Below are positions 38,347 to 51,292 of a stretch of 64,000 nucleotides of DNA, in pieces. The translations under genes and the position numbers were made by a program. This stretch comes from Octopus vulgaris (lineage: Eukaryota). The DNA is taken from contig OX597817.1 in assembly GCA_951406725.2 (NCBI GenBank), forward strand, positions 57,598,001 through 57,662,000, read 5' to 3'. How positions within the stretch are numbered: the stretch's first letter is position 1; each line of letters starts with the position of its first letter. Under the pieces are notes generated by a model. It did no database searches. It had not been told where the DNA came from and saw only the letters and a list, made by a program, of their open reading frames with translations.

Positions 38347-38895
38347 CGAGGGTGAGTCAAAAAGTAATGCCATTTTGTTTAGGACAGGTATAATTACCAA
38401 CACAGGAACATGTATCATACATCAAAATGAAGCTGGTCCTCTGTGGATCAAATCCCTACTTCTCAACATAGTCACCGTTTCTCTCGATAGCAATGTTCCA
38501 CCTTCAAATGAGAGCATGTATCCCTGCCCTGTAAAATTCGGTTGACTGTTCTTTGAACCACTTCTTCACTACAGTTTCCACTTCCTCATCACTGGACTAT
38601 CATCTCTTCGGCCCCATGAAAGAGGGTTTGAGAAGCAAACATTATTCCAGTGACGAGGAAGTGAAAACTGTAGTGAAGAAGTAACTGAAAGAACAGTCTA
38701 CAGAATTTTACGGGGCAGGGATACATGCTCTCATTCGAAGGGGGAACATTGCTATTGAGAGAAATGGTGACTATGTTGAGAAGTAGGGATGTGATCCACA
38801 GAGGACCAGCTTCATTTTGATGTATGATACATGTTCCTGTGTTGATAATTATACTTGTCCTAAACAAAATGGCATTACTTTTTGACTCACCCTTG
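38347..38895. mobile_element. 549-bp mariner-derived fold-back MITE made of two inverted 3' ends (a smaller mariner MITE lies at ~37926-38148)
   Basis: ~250-bp arms, TA TSD, CGAGGGTGAGTCAAAAAGTAATG termini; translation DYHLFGPMKEGL..YSSDEEVKTVV..FYGAGIHALIRR..IAIERNGDYVEK*. Confidence 0.9.
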
Positions 38896-40460
38896 TATTT
38901 TAACTATTTTTTGTTTTTTATGTTTGCTTGGTAGTCTCATTTTCATAAAATGTCCTCAGCACTCCATGCTATGTAAGTTCAAATCCCAGCGCTTTATCAG
39001 TTAAACTTGTTATTTTTCAGAAGTGATATATTTTGATAGTCTAGAAATCTTCCTGGATTTTTGAAATAGTAAATGTGAAACACTGATTAATTGATCCTTT
39101 GAATTTATTTTCAGTCAATGCAACATACAATCTTTAAATTCTGAATTGTCTTTTTGATAATTAACGAGATTAAAATAATGACATGTAACATAAAAATCTC
39201 AAGGAGATTCAGTATGTCACAGAATGTGACATGGTTGGCTCTTTGAAATACTGGTACTTTTCATTTTTGCCAGCTGAGTGGACAGGAGCAATATGGAATA
39301 AAATGTCTTGCTCAGGAGCACAACATGTTGCAGAGAATCGAAGTTATTAGATATAGAAGGTTGATGTATGTTATTTCTGTTACTAAGTAGTTTACAGCTG
39401 AAATTAAATGTAACTTTATTTCTATCAAAAATTTTGTGATATTTATGATTCTTCTGAAAGTGTTTATCTAATAACTAAAAGAAAATGTTTAGCAATACTT
39501 GTGCTTACACTGAGGCTGAATGGGGGATTAAACCATATTTCATGTTTTTGTTTTTATGTATCTGAAAATTAATATCATCTATATAAGTAATTTTACTTTG
39601 AAACTCACTTCATATTAACACTTAATTTTAACACTTCCTTATAATAAGGAGCTACTCTAATGAAGGAAGATCTATTGGATGGAATACTGGATAACCATAT
39701 ACTAACATTTTTCACTAAATTCTAATTATGACACGTGGGTGATTTGAGGCACTATTTGTATTTTGTAACTTTGATTTGATTTCTTAATAGGTGAGTATTT
39801 ATTTCTTTTAGATTTAAGATTATATCTAAAAAATGATTTTAAAATTTGTTTCAACTGTAATTTTTAGGTGTAAATTTTGTAGCGACCTTTTCTGAATCTG
39901 CCTGCTTGTTGAGGATTTATATTTTGTGTGATGGCTAGGCCATATTTTAAATTATCCAACTTATTTACACTTAGAATACAAATGTAGAAGTATTGAGAAA
40001 TATGTAAATAAGTTTTTATTAATGATGTATCTGAAAAGTGAATTTGGCAACAAATAACTTACAATGCATTGAATGGAATAAAGTTGGAAAGCTGCCTGCA
40101 GGACATAAACCTTGCATCTTATGTTACTCAGAAAAATATGCTACTAATTTCGCTAAAGCAGCCTAAATTAATATCATTAATAAAGACTTATTCAATTTAT
40201 TATTTAACAAATATAAAATACATAGACTAATGACCGGGTGTAAATTTCTGCAGAGTTTAGCCAAACTCTTGCTATGTACAAACTAACATTACTTTTTTTT
40301 AATCATAAAATATTATCAAAAGCAAATAATGATTTTATCTGCATAATTATTTTGATAAGTAATTGTTGTCAAAATCTAATGTTCTTTGCAGCAAGGATTT
40401 AATGTGTAGAATTCAATAATATCATGTTGGGTATTGTTTGTTTTTCCTGCTTTTGAGCAA

Positions 40461-40491
<31 letters not shown>

Positions 40492-41099
40492 GGTAACATC
40501 ATTCTGTTATAATGCTAACAATTATCGTGTCCAATTAATTTTTACTCACTGTACAGAGCTTAGTTTAAGTTGGATTTATTAATCTACAAGATAGATTATA
40601 GTGTATCAAAATCGCTGACATGGCTGATGACAGTACCGCCTGATTGGCACTCGTGCCGGTGGAACGTTAAAAGCACATCTGAACGTGGGGTGTAACCAGC
40701 CCACTTATGAGTACCCCTCATTTATTGGACAGTGAACTTTGTTTGTGAAGAACTATTGAGGCAAGTGTAAACAAATCAAAATCACTGACATGGCTGATGA
40801 CAGTACCGCCTGATTGGCACTCGTGCCAGTAGAACATTAAAAGTACATCCAAGCATGATCGTTGCCAGAGCCACGGATTGCTCCAGTGACGTGAAAAGCA
40901 CTATGGTTGAGAACCACTAGTGTAGACAGAGAGGGGTGCTCTGGAAACTGTTGAGACATTATGGAATTCTTGAAAAATTCATGTCTCTTAAAATGCACCT
41001 ACCTGGACATGCTGTGTAGGGTTTTACATGCTGGTCAGTTGTCAAAGAGCTTTGAAATAGGGTTTGGAGGGATGTCTGTTATCACCCTTCTTGTTTCTA

Positions 41100-41760
41100 C
41101 TGGTGTTGACTAGATCATGAGGACCTTTACATCAGGAAGGAGCAATGGGATACAATAGACTACCCTGGACATGGATGACCTCGGTTCAATTATGCTAATA
41201 ACCTTGCCCTTTTGTTGCGCAATCACAATCAGATGCAGAATAAGACAAAGAGGCTGCCAGCTGCATCCTTTGAGATAGGAGTGAGGAGCAACAAAGAGAA
41301 AACCAGTCTGATGATGATAGACACCTTTCCTAACAACCCAGTCAGAATACATGAGGAAGAGAGTCCATAGGGGAAGAAAAAAGTGGAGAGTCTGAAGATG
41401 GAGAATAGATGGGAGAGTCCGAAGAGGAGGCTTGACTGCTTTAATTAACTCAGAAATGTAATTGACAAACAAAAGTGACATAAAGAGAGAGAGAGAGAGG
41501 AAACAAATCAGAATGGGCAAAGCCAAAGAACAGCCTTCACCATTCTGAAGAACATCTGGGATTCCAAAGAAATTACCATAAAAACGAAATTGCTTATCTT
41601 CAAATCTTGTGTAAAGTCCTTCCTTTTGTGTGTGGAATTGAGACATGGAGAAAGATGAAAAGAGACAGCTGGAGACACAGACCTTTATCAATAAAACTGG
41701 CACTTAATGGGTTACGATGACGAGTCTTCCAGTTGATCCGATCAGTGGAACAGCCTGCTA
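41100..41760 (+). mobile_element. Highly degenerate RTE/BovB-like LINE fragment
   Basis: Remnants of (D)YA(D)DLAL, FTYLxxK, RMGKAK.AF.ILKNIWDS and GIETW motifs with stops and frameshifts. Confidence 0.6.
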
Positions 41761-42588
41761 AGAAAATTAATATGCAAGTGGATGAGTGCTTCATAAACAT
41801 GCATAGCCTTAACGAAGTTCTCTGAGAGAAATTGAGTGTGACACAGAATGTGCGAAGGTTGACCCTTTGAAATACAGGCACAGTTAGTTTTTGCCAGCTT
41901 AGTGGACTGGAGCAATGTGAAATAAAGGGTCTTGTTCAGGGATGCAATGCACTGTTGGGAATTGAACTCATGCCCTCAAAGTTGTGATCTCTATATTCTG
42001 ACTACTAAGCCACATGCCTTCACCCTTCATCAATAACTGTTTAAGATGTTTTTCTTTGCATTAGATGGCTGGATATAAGAAATGAAGAAATGTTGCAGAA
42101 GAGGAGGAATAAAGAAGGCGCTAATGGTAGACTGGATCCTGATGTGCAAGTGGGCGATGGATAGGGCATAGCTTAACCCGAAATGCCAGTCTATCAGAAC
42201 TCCATGTGTCCTCATTTTTCACCATTTTGTGTCATGAAACAAACGTGTCTTTCAGCATATATATTCTAAAATGAAAAAATTTTCAGTGAAACTCACTGGC
42301 AACTTAGGGTGGTGCATTTAATTCCTGTGGGGTGTTAGGGTTCACAGAGTTAAGGAAACCAACATTCTGCATTATATGTCAGGCCCTGAGGGAGGTGGAA
42401 AGGGAGGATGCCCTAGAAATAGCTTGTGGAATACTGATGCAGGGCTGAAAAAGCAAAAGCAGGCATCCAACTGAAGAGAATCGGTAAAGACAGCCCAAAG
42501 TCGAGAACTGTAAAAATAGTGCTTTTGTGTGTTTAAAATTGATTTATTAATTTAATCAACCATGTCTTCTTTCTGTTTTTCTTTCTAG

Positions 42589-42628
42589 ATATTCCTTATT
42601 CGTTGGACTCTATCCTTTAGGAGTCACT
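42589..42628 (+). CDS. HACD1/2: HACD exon 5 (YSLFVGLYPLGVT), 40 bp, contains the presumed catalytic Tyr144
   Basis: Acceptor ctttctag|, donor ACT|gtaagt; RYxxFxxLYPxGV motif. Confidence 0.93.
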
Positions 42629-42823
42629 GTAAGTATTTTGCCCTTTTAATCTTTATGTCTCTTCTATTGCCCTAGTCGTCCTGACAACTGTAGTAGCCAA
42701 CTTGACCAGTCATGGTAGTCCTGGATTCTACTGGTTCAGTTTATCCTTGAATTATTGGGAAACATGGGTGGAAGCTGCAAGAGAGGCTAACTTACTGTAT
42801 TTTAACAAGCTTAGGCTATCTGA

Positions 42824-43075
42824 CTGTAAATAGGTACCATTTTAAGGTATAGTTCTCTACTATCCACAGTCCATCTAGCTGTAAATAGGTACCCTTTTAA
42901 GGTATAGTTCTTTACTATACACAGTCCATGTAGCTGTAAATAGGGACCATTTTAAGGTATAGTTCTTTACTATACACAGTCCATGTAGCTGTAAATAGGT
43001 ACCATTTTAAGGTATAGTTCTTTACTATACACAGTCCATGTAGCTGTAAATAGGTACCATTTTAAGGTACAGTTC
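42824..43075. repeat. 55-bp minisatellite, ~4.6 copies, in HACD intron 5
   Basis: Unit CTGTAAATAGGTACCATTTTAAGGTATAGTTCTTTACTATACACAGTCCATGTAG starts at 42824, 42879, 42934, 42989 and 43044. Confidence 0.95.
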
Positions 43076-43121
43076 ACAACCCATTGAAGTTGATCTAAAA
43101 TATGTTATGTTGTTCTTTCAG

Positions 43122-43260
43122 GGTGAACTGTTGTGCATGTTCCGGAGCCTTCCCTACATTAGTGCCAGAAACACTCTGTCGCTCTCCTTGCCGAACCGTC
43201 TGAATGTCTCCTTCAGTTTTTACTATTTTCTCATTGCCGTCATGTTGAGTTACATTCCAA
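43122..43260 (+). CDS. HACD1/2: HACD exon 6 (GELLCMFRSLPYISARNTLSLSLPNRLNVSFSFYYFLIAVMLSYIP), 139 bp, contains the presumed catalytic Glu151
   Basis: Acceptor ctttcag|, donor A|gtaagt; GELL and LPNxxNxSF motifs. Confidence 0.95.
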
Positions 43261-43601
43261 GTAAGTACTCTCCAGAACATTGTTTTTCCTCTTTTCATCT
43301 CTTTTTTCCTTCTCCTTTGTTTTGCACACACACACGCACACACAGAGGATAAAGCCCCTTTTCCCATGTCATATTGACTCATCAGGTCGGTTTCCTGGTT
43401 TCTGTGGCATGTATATTCCTCACTGGACAGAATACTGGCACATTGCAGGATGATTCACTTTTGTCAGCTGAGCGGACTGGAGCAACATGAAGTGTTTTGC
43501 TCAAGAACTCAATGCATTGGCTTTTGAATATTTTTAATGAAATCAGAGTTATTGCCCTTGACATAAGTTTCTTTTTTTAATTTTTTTTTTTATTTAGTCA
43601 A

Positions 43602-44079
43602 CCCTTTCGTTACTGTATTTATTTTGAGATGCTCTGTCAGGTTTCTTTCAATTAGTTTAATTATAACAAAGAATTTAGTAAAATAACTTCGTTATCATTA
43701 AGCTAGTGTTAGGAACATACATTCTGACTAAGGTTTGGTGGAAGATTTTAATTCAAAACTTATGAAAACAGACATTTGTACTACAGAGCCAGAGACAGTT
43801 TCAGACGGGTTGGTAATGAAAGGGTTAAGAATTGTTTCTCTATTATATATTTTAACCCTTTTGTTACCATATTCCTGTTGAGATGCTCTGTGTGTGTTTT
43901 TTTTTTCCAATTACTTTAAATATAACAAAGAATTTGGTAAAATAATTATCATTTAAGCTAGTGTTAGGAACATAAAGTGTGACTAAGGTTTGGTGGAAGA
44001 TTTTAATTCAAAACTTATGAAAACAAGACATTTGTACTCAGAGCCAGAGCTGGTTTCAGCCAGGTTGGTATCGAAAGGC
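43602..44079. mobile_element. Two adjacent piggyBac-like MITE copies (43602-43824, 43856-44079)
   Basis: CCCTTT(C)GTTAC ... GTA(A)TGAAAGGG termini with TTAA-like flanks; the two copies are mutually similar. Confidence 0.75.
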
Positions 44080-45034
44080 TTAAAGTAGAGCAGCACATTC
44101 TTGTTGACGTTATTGTTTTTTGTTTGATGTCTTAAATCAGAGTGAGAAGGGCAGCAGTATCCAGGATCTTTACAAAGGATCTCTGAGACTGGTGGAGTTA
44201 AAAAAATTTGGGTGCTTTTTTCGTGATAACGGGTATGAGTGCGGTCGCCAAGTAACTTGCAAGACAAAGAAAAGAAAAGGAAAAAGCACTCTTGACTGGG
44301 TGAGAAAATATTTGAGAAGGGTCGGGGAAATGGCTTTATATAAAGTATATAAAGGACAGGCGTCTTCCTATAGAGGAGATGCATTAAACAGAGGTGGGTT
44401 TGAGTGTCTGGAAGGGAGGTAAAGATGGTAGGGGTAGGGTACCAGGGCATATTCCCAAGGTTGCAAACTTTATGTCTTGTTTTTCAATGCTAGAAAGCAT
44501 TTCAGCCCCAAACAGCTGTCAACCCTCAACGGCAGTGTTGGTCAGACATTATTGGGAATAAGGCATCCACTGCACAACTCCACTTTTTTTGAAATCATCA
44601 AGGAATCCTCGATGTGGGTGCTGGACCTGGAGTTGGAGTTGTGTGTGGGATGTGAGGCGGCAAGATTACTGATGCCTGCTCTAAGCACATCTCTCAAAGA
44701 AGACTGATCTGTTGTTTAATTTTCGTAGCTTAACCCTTTGGCATTCAGGGTATTCTATCAAATGTCATGTCTGTTTATTCCCATTTTTGTAGAAACTAAT
44801 CAGGCATTATCTCATAGCTTTATGGTTTCAATGTTGATGTGATAGTTTTTTTTATTTTTTGAATGATATTGTAGGGTAGGTGTGAGAGGCTGGATCTGGC
44901 CTGTTTGAACATAAAACAAATAGAATATTTGAACTGGATATGACTGGTTCAGATGCTGAAGGGTTAAAGAAAAATCATTTATTTTTGTTGATATTTATTT
45001 ATAATTGTTTTTTTTTTCTGTTTATGTTTTGCAG

Positions 45035-45132
45035 TTTTCCCTCAACTCTTCGGCCGCATGTTGTCTCAGAGAAAGAGAGTTCTTGCCATGATGGCCAGGA
45101 AACGTGCAGAGATGGCCAGCAAGAAGGAATAA
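45035..45132 (+). CDS. HACD1/2: HACD exon 7 (IFPQLFGRMLSQRKRVLAMMARKRAEMASKKE*), terminal
   Basis: Acceptor ttttgcag|, phase 1 consistent; FPQL..M..QR+.VL motif; TAA at 45130-45132. Exons sum to 684 nt = 227 aa plus stop with no internal stop. Confidence 0.93.
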
Positions 45133-46955
45133 AAAAAAAAACAACATAATTCTACAGCAGCATTGATAAAATGGCATTTGATGCAATATTTTGTCGAAAT
45201 CTAAACTGATCTGAGAACTGTGTTCTCGTCAGACTGGAGGTTGATGTCATGTGACAAAAGCACAAGCGTCACCTTTTCCATTATCATAACATAATAAGCA
45301 CCCAAACAAATGCGCACAGCTCATCTTTCACATAACATCTACACTCACAAACACATACACACACAAGCAACTCAGTCACACACACACACACTCTTCAATC
45401 GTCATCAAACACTAATGCGTGTGTTCAGCAAAACACAGCCTATACACACACACACTCAGATTCTATACTGCATTCACCTTACACATTCACAAATTCAAAC
45501 CCACACATACGCATCAACTAGTGTCTTCCTCCTATGCTTTCAACACAACAGTTTGCTGTGTTGGACAACCAACAGAAAAATCTCTCTGGTGACCTTGTAT
45601 GTGTGGATTCACTGTGTGTGAATAAGTATAATCACCCATTGATGGATAGATCGTTTGATTAGTCAAGTAATTGTTTTGACACACTTCAACGAGGTAATTA
45701 TTAAATAACAAAAACAAGAGAGTGCAGTGTGTGGTGTTATACTTGGATGTTAATCTGGTGATGTAGGTTCAAACTTGACCTAGTTTTCCTGAATTATTGT
45801 TTAATTTTCTCGTTAATTTATTTAATAATTAAAGTGTTTGGTCTATTTCTCAATCAATAAACAATTAATTTATAATAACCTGTTGTTGTTGTTGTATAGT
45901 CAGTCTTGAAGCAGACCTATGGTTAAAAGTGTTCCAACTATGGCCATCCAACTGTATGACAGACAGTGCCTAAAAGTACATGTTGCAGCCATCAAGTCTT
46001 GAATTTCATTCCACCTTTTACCAAAGTCTTGGGGCAACCAATTCCTTGTAAACGAAACTTGACAGAAATGGTGGAATCCTACTTGAAATTTAAAGGTCCA
46101 ACTTCGTCACATATTGTATTTCAGTTACTGTTCTTCAAAATTAGGTTAATGATACATGAGTCTGTGGAATATTGAGCCATGTACAAATCAATTTAATCCT
46201 TTTTGATACCAGACCCACCAGAGAGACTGCTCCTGGTCAGTTATGCGAAACTCTGAGCAACAGTTTGGGAAGTTTTCACTTCAGGTTCATTAAAGTATTG
46301 TGTACATGAATCTATATCTGTCTGGTCTATGAAACTCACTCATAAGGCTTTGGTCAGCCTGAAGCTATAGCAGAAGACACTTGCTTCAGTCCCACTTGCC
46401 AGCATCTACATGTGTGGAGTGGTGAGGTAGGACCTCCTTTGGACCAGAGCAAAGGTCTTCATGGATGATCAATGAGTAGCGTTGCATGGCTGCATCTCCA
46501 TCGCTATAACAAGTATAAGGTAAAAGAGATTTTATATCCAGATACTTGGTGCTTTGCTGTACTTAAGAAGACTCATGCACCTCAGCAGAAGTGTTAAGGC
46601 TGCTCCTCCTCCTGGTGAAGACGATTAGCCTGCAAGGATCTTGTGCTGGTGCCACATAAATGCAACCAGCACTCTGTAAAGAGGTTGGTGTTAGGAAGAG
46701 CATCCAGCTGTAGAAATCATATCAAATCAGACTGGAGGCTGATGCAGCTCTCCCACTTGCCAGCTCTAACAAACCGTCATCCCAAGCCAGCATGGCCAAC
46801 AGACATTAAATGATGAAGATATATATATATTTGTGTATGTATGTATGTGTATATATATATATATATAATTAATGTAGGATAAAAAATTTTTCGGGAAAAA
46901 AATTTCATCAATGGCCAGCATATCAAAAAATACCTTTAAAGGTTAAATTTATAAA

Positions 46956-47210
46956 TAATTTACAAGATAAGGGCAAAAGAAAAATTCTAATGCCAAATAT
47001 GCCGAAACAAAAATTGTCAATAACCATTATAATTTATGTCTCGAAACAAACATAGAAATTTCTAAAAAATTCGTTATTACCGTAATAACAAATTTTTTAG
47101 AAATTTCTATCGGTTTGTTTTGAGACACATAAATTATAATGGTTATTGACAATTTTTGTTTCAGCATATTTGGCATTAGAATTTTTCTTTTGTCCTTATC
47201 TCGTAAATTA
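46956..47210. repeat. Near-perfect 255-bp AT-rich palindrome centred on 47081
   Basis: ...GTTATTAC C GTAATAAC... with ~125-bp arms and a 1-nt loop. Confidence 0.92.
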
Positions 47211-48213
47211 TATATATATATATATATATATAGGGTGTATAAGATATCTGAAGACAAATTTATGTTTATAAAAAATAGATATATAATACTAACTTTATCA
47301 AAAAATGCTCTGAGGATAAAAATAATTCTTTTTTTCAATAATGTTATTCAATAAAGACACCTTCAGCTTCAACAACCGCTTCTATATGAGATCTAAATCA
47401 TCTACACGCTCAAATCAAGTGGTCCTGGTTCATTTTGGACATTACTCTGACTATGGCTGCTTTCAAAGAATCTTTGGTGTTATGGGCGTGTTCATTAATC
47501 TCTCTCTCTCAACAACGCTACACATCTGGGGAATAAGGAGGCCAAATGTTAGGGGTTATGTGACCATGAAAATTTTCAGCCATCCATTCCTCTGTTGCTA
47601 GAACCATGTGCGATAGTGCAGAGTCTTACTGAAACACATACGACCTTCCATTGCAGACACATATATATGTATATGTATATGTATGTATATGTATATATAT
47701 ATATGTATGTATATGTATATATATATGTATATATGTATGTATGTATATATATATGTATATATATATAATATATGTATGTTTATATATGTATGTATATATG
47801 TATATATATATGTATGTATGTATGTGTATATATGTATATATATATGTATGTATGTATGTATATATATTTATATATGCATGTATGTGTATATATGTATATA
47901 TCTATATGTATGTATTTATATATGTATGTATGAATGTATGTGTATATATGTATATATATCTATATATATATATGAATGTATGTGTATATATGTATGTATA
48001 TATATATGTTTACATCCCCATAAATTAGCGGTTCGGCAAAAGAGACTGACAGAATAAGTACTAGGCTAACAAAGAATAAGTCCTGGGTTCGATTTGTTCA
48101 ACTAAAGGCGGTACTCCAGCATGGCCGCAGTCAAATGACTGAAACAAGTAAAAGGATAAAAGAACATATATATATAATAGAAAGAGAGATACATATATGT
48201 GCACACACACATA

Positions 48214-49805
48214 CAGTTGCAGCCAAAATGTTCAGAATGGCATTGTTTTCGTCAGAAAAGTAGGGATAATTTTTTATCAAAGTTGTTTTATATTCTATAA
48301 TTTTAACAGACAATAAATACGATATTATTTGTTATTGCCTGAGATTTTGGTATAATTTGAGTGGATAATACAAAAGTTATGGATGATTTAGTGATTTACT
48401 GCAAAACCCATGGCGGCCAAAATGATCAGAACGGTTGCTTTTACTCCGTGTTTTAGTATATTTAACCGGCGAACTCTTATGTTTTGAATTTGTTTACGTG
48501 ACGGTTCGTTTACTAAACATTAGTAAGAATATTTGCAGTGTACTTTGTTAATATAATGCCACTTACTCCGTTACCAATTCGTCAGCAGATTATTAAGCTT
48601 CGAAGGAAGGATAATTTAAGTATTGGATCTATTGCAAAGATTGTTAACAAGTCAAAAAGTGTTGTATTCTTAAGGTCTACGATGATTGTGGTTCGTGTGA
48701 AGCAAGAAAGTTTATAGGTAGGCCAAGAAAAACGACCAAGAGAGAAGATCGTGCTATGGTAAAGTTGGTTAAAAAGGACAGATTTAAAACTGCTGCTGCT
48801 GTTTCTCGGAAAATGAGCATTGTATTGAAGAAAACTTTATCTCGAAAAACTGTGTCTCGTCGTTTAGTTGAACATGACCTACAAGCAAGAGCACCTGCAG
48901 TGAAGCCACTGATCAGCTCCAAGAATAAAAAGCAAGAAAAATGGCAAACGGTGCATTTCAGTGAAGAATCTAAGTTTATGTTATTTGGCTCAGATGGGAA
49001 AAGGTACGTTCGTAGAAAAGTAGGTGAAAAATTGTTGCCTAAATGCCTTAAGACTAGTGTTAAATTCGGTGGAGGAAGTGTCGTGGTTTGGGGAATGATA
49101 TCTGGAGATGGTGTGGGCCCTTTGGTGCGATTATATGGAAATATGGAAAGTTAAATGCAGGAGTTTATAAACAACTTGTAAAAGATCATGTCTTGCCAGT
49201 GCTGAGAAATTCAACTAAGCGACCACCCATATTCATGCAGGACAATGCCCCATGTCACAAGGCTAGGGTGGTCATGAACTTCCTCCAGGCTGAAAAGGTT
49301 ATTGTTATGGATTGGCCAGCTCAAAGCCCAGATCTCAATCCTATTGAAAATGTGTGGAATATTCTAGGAGAATGTTTGAAAGCCAGAAATCCTAAAAACA
49401 ACTGAGCAATTATGGAATGCCCTTCAGGAAGAATGGAATAAGATCACCCAGCAAGAAATTGAAAATTTAATTTCCTCATGCAGTCGAAGATGTCAGAGTG
49501 TGATTGAAGCTAAAGGGCTTCACACTAAATATTAAATAATTCCAGTATTCTCTGTCATTTTTGATTATTTTGTTATTTTTTAAACCGTTCTGATCATTTT
49601 GGCCGCCATGGGTTTTGCAGTAAATCACTAAATCATCCATAACTTTTGTATTATCCTCTCAAATTACACCAAAATCTCAGACAATAACAATTAATATTGT
49701 ATTTATTGTCTGTGAAAATTATAGAATATACAACAACTTTGATAAAAACTTATACCTACTTTTCTGACAAAAACAATGCCGTTCTGAACATTTTGGCCGC
49801 AACTG
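48214..49805 (+). mobile_element. Full-length, defective Tc1 transposon (DD34E, IR/DR type), 1592 bp
   Basis: TA TSD; 223-bp TIRs (48214-48436, 49583-49805), each with outer and inner GC(A/G)GCCAAAATG(T/A)TCAGAA direct repeats; transposase 48556-49535 with GRPRKT, FSEESKF, VWG, QDNAPCH and WPAQSPDLNPIE motifs; at least 3 frameshifts. Confidence 0.95.
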
Positions 49806-51246
49806 TATATGTATACACCCACAATACACATTAAATAGATGTGTATGCATAAGCAATTTAATAATGTGAGTGTAATTATGAGCAGCTGTAATTGAAAAAG
49901 AAGAAATAAAAAGAAAACGTAAAATATTTTCTCAAATTGTTTATTTGACACAAGAAAATACGAGAGAGATTTTGTACATCAGGATTGTGAAAGAATTTCA
50001 ATTGAGATTCTATTTTTACCATATTCCATCTTAGAGAGGTGTTTTTATTTTCCCTCTGTTTTGTTTAATTTTCTGATTAAGAAAAACACAATGCATTTGT
50101 TTTCATCTCTTACATTAATTAAGCAAATTTATATGGAAATTATATTATTAATAAATTTATTACAATAATAATAATAATAATAATCCTTTCTACAATATGT
50201 ACAAAGCCTGAAATTTGGGGTCAGAGGTAAGTTGATTACACCAACCCCAGCATTTGACTGGTACTTTTTGATCAACCCCAAAAGGGGATGAAAGGCAAAA
50301 CCACCCTCGGCGGAATTTGAACTCTGATGGACAAAATGCTTAGCAGCATTATGTCCAGCATGCTAACGATTCTGCCAGCTCACTGCCTTAGTAAGAATGA
50401 TTTAAGTTTTGGCACAAGGCCAGCAATTTTAGGGGAAGGGGGTAAATTACATCGACCCCTCCCCCCAGTGCTTGACTACTACTTATTTTATCACCCCTGA
50501 AGGGATGAAAAGTAAAGTTGACCCTGGCAGAATTTGAACTCAGAACATAGCAATAAGAAAATGCTGCTGAGCATTTTGTCCGGTGTGCTAACAATTCTGC
50601 CAGCTTGCCGCCTCAATACTATAATAATAATAATAATAATAATAATAATTTCAAATTTTGACACAAAGCCAGCAATTTTGGGGGAGTGGGTAAGTCAATT
50701 ACATCGACCCCAGTACTCAACTGGTCCTTATTTTATCAACCCTGAAAGGATGAAAGGCAAAGTCAACCTTGATTGAACTTGAACTCAGAATGTAAAGACG
50801 GACGAAATGCTGCTAAGCATTTAGCCTGGGATGGTAATGATTCTGCTGGCTCACCACCTTAATAATAATAATAAGAAGAAGAATATAAAAGATTAACAAA
50901 ATCGTAACTGCAAAAATGTTAATATAAACTGTTGGCACAAAGTCTTAGATTTATAGGGAAGTTGTGATGAGATGTTGTGAGGTTCATGGCTTACCGAAGC
51001 ATGGAAGTGAAACACCATAGCCAAGGACTGAAACTTGATCATGGATTTGATTAATTCAAGAGCTTAGATTGTTGTTGTTCCTGTTGCTGTGTTGGTGTTG
51101 TTGTTGCTATTATTATTATTACTATTATTATTATTACTATTCATGCTATGCACGAATGTTTTACATTTGGAATCAATGTCCTTGATCCTGTGTCACAACC
51201 AGTTTCCTTAGATATTGAAGGCTTTTCTTACAATCTTTGCAATCTC

Positions 51247-51292
<46 letters not shown>

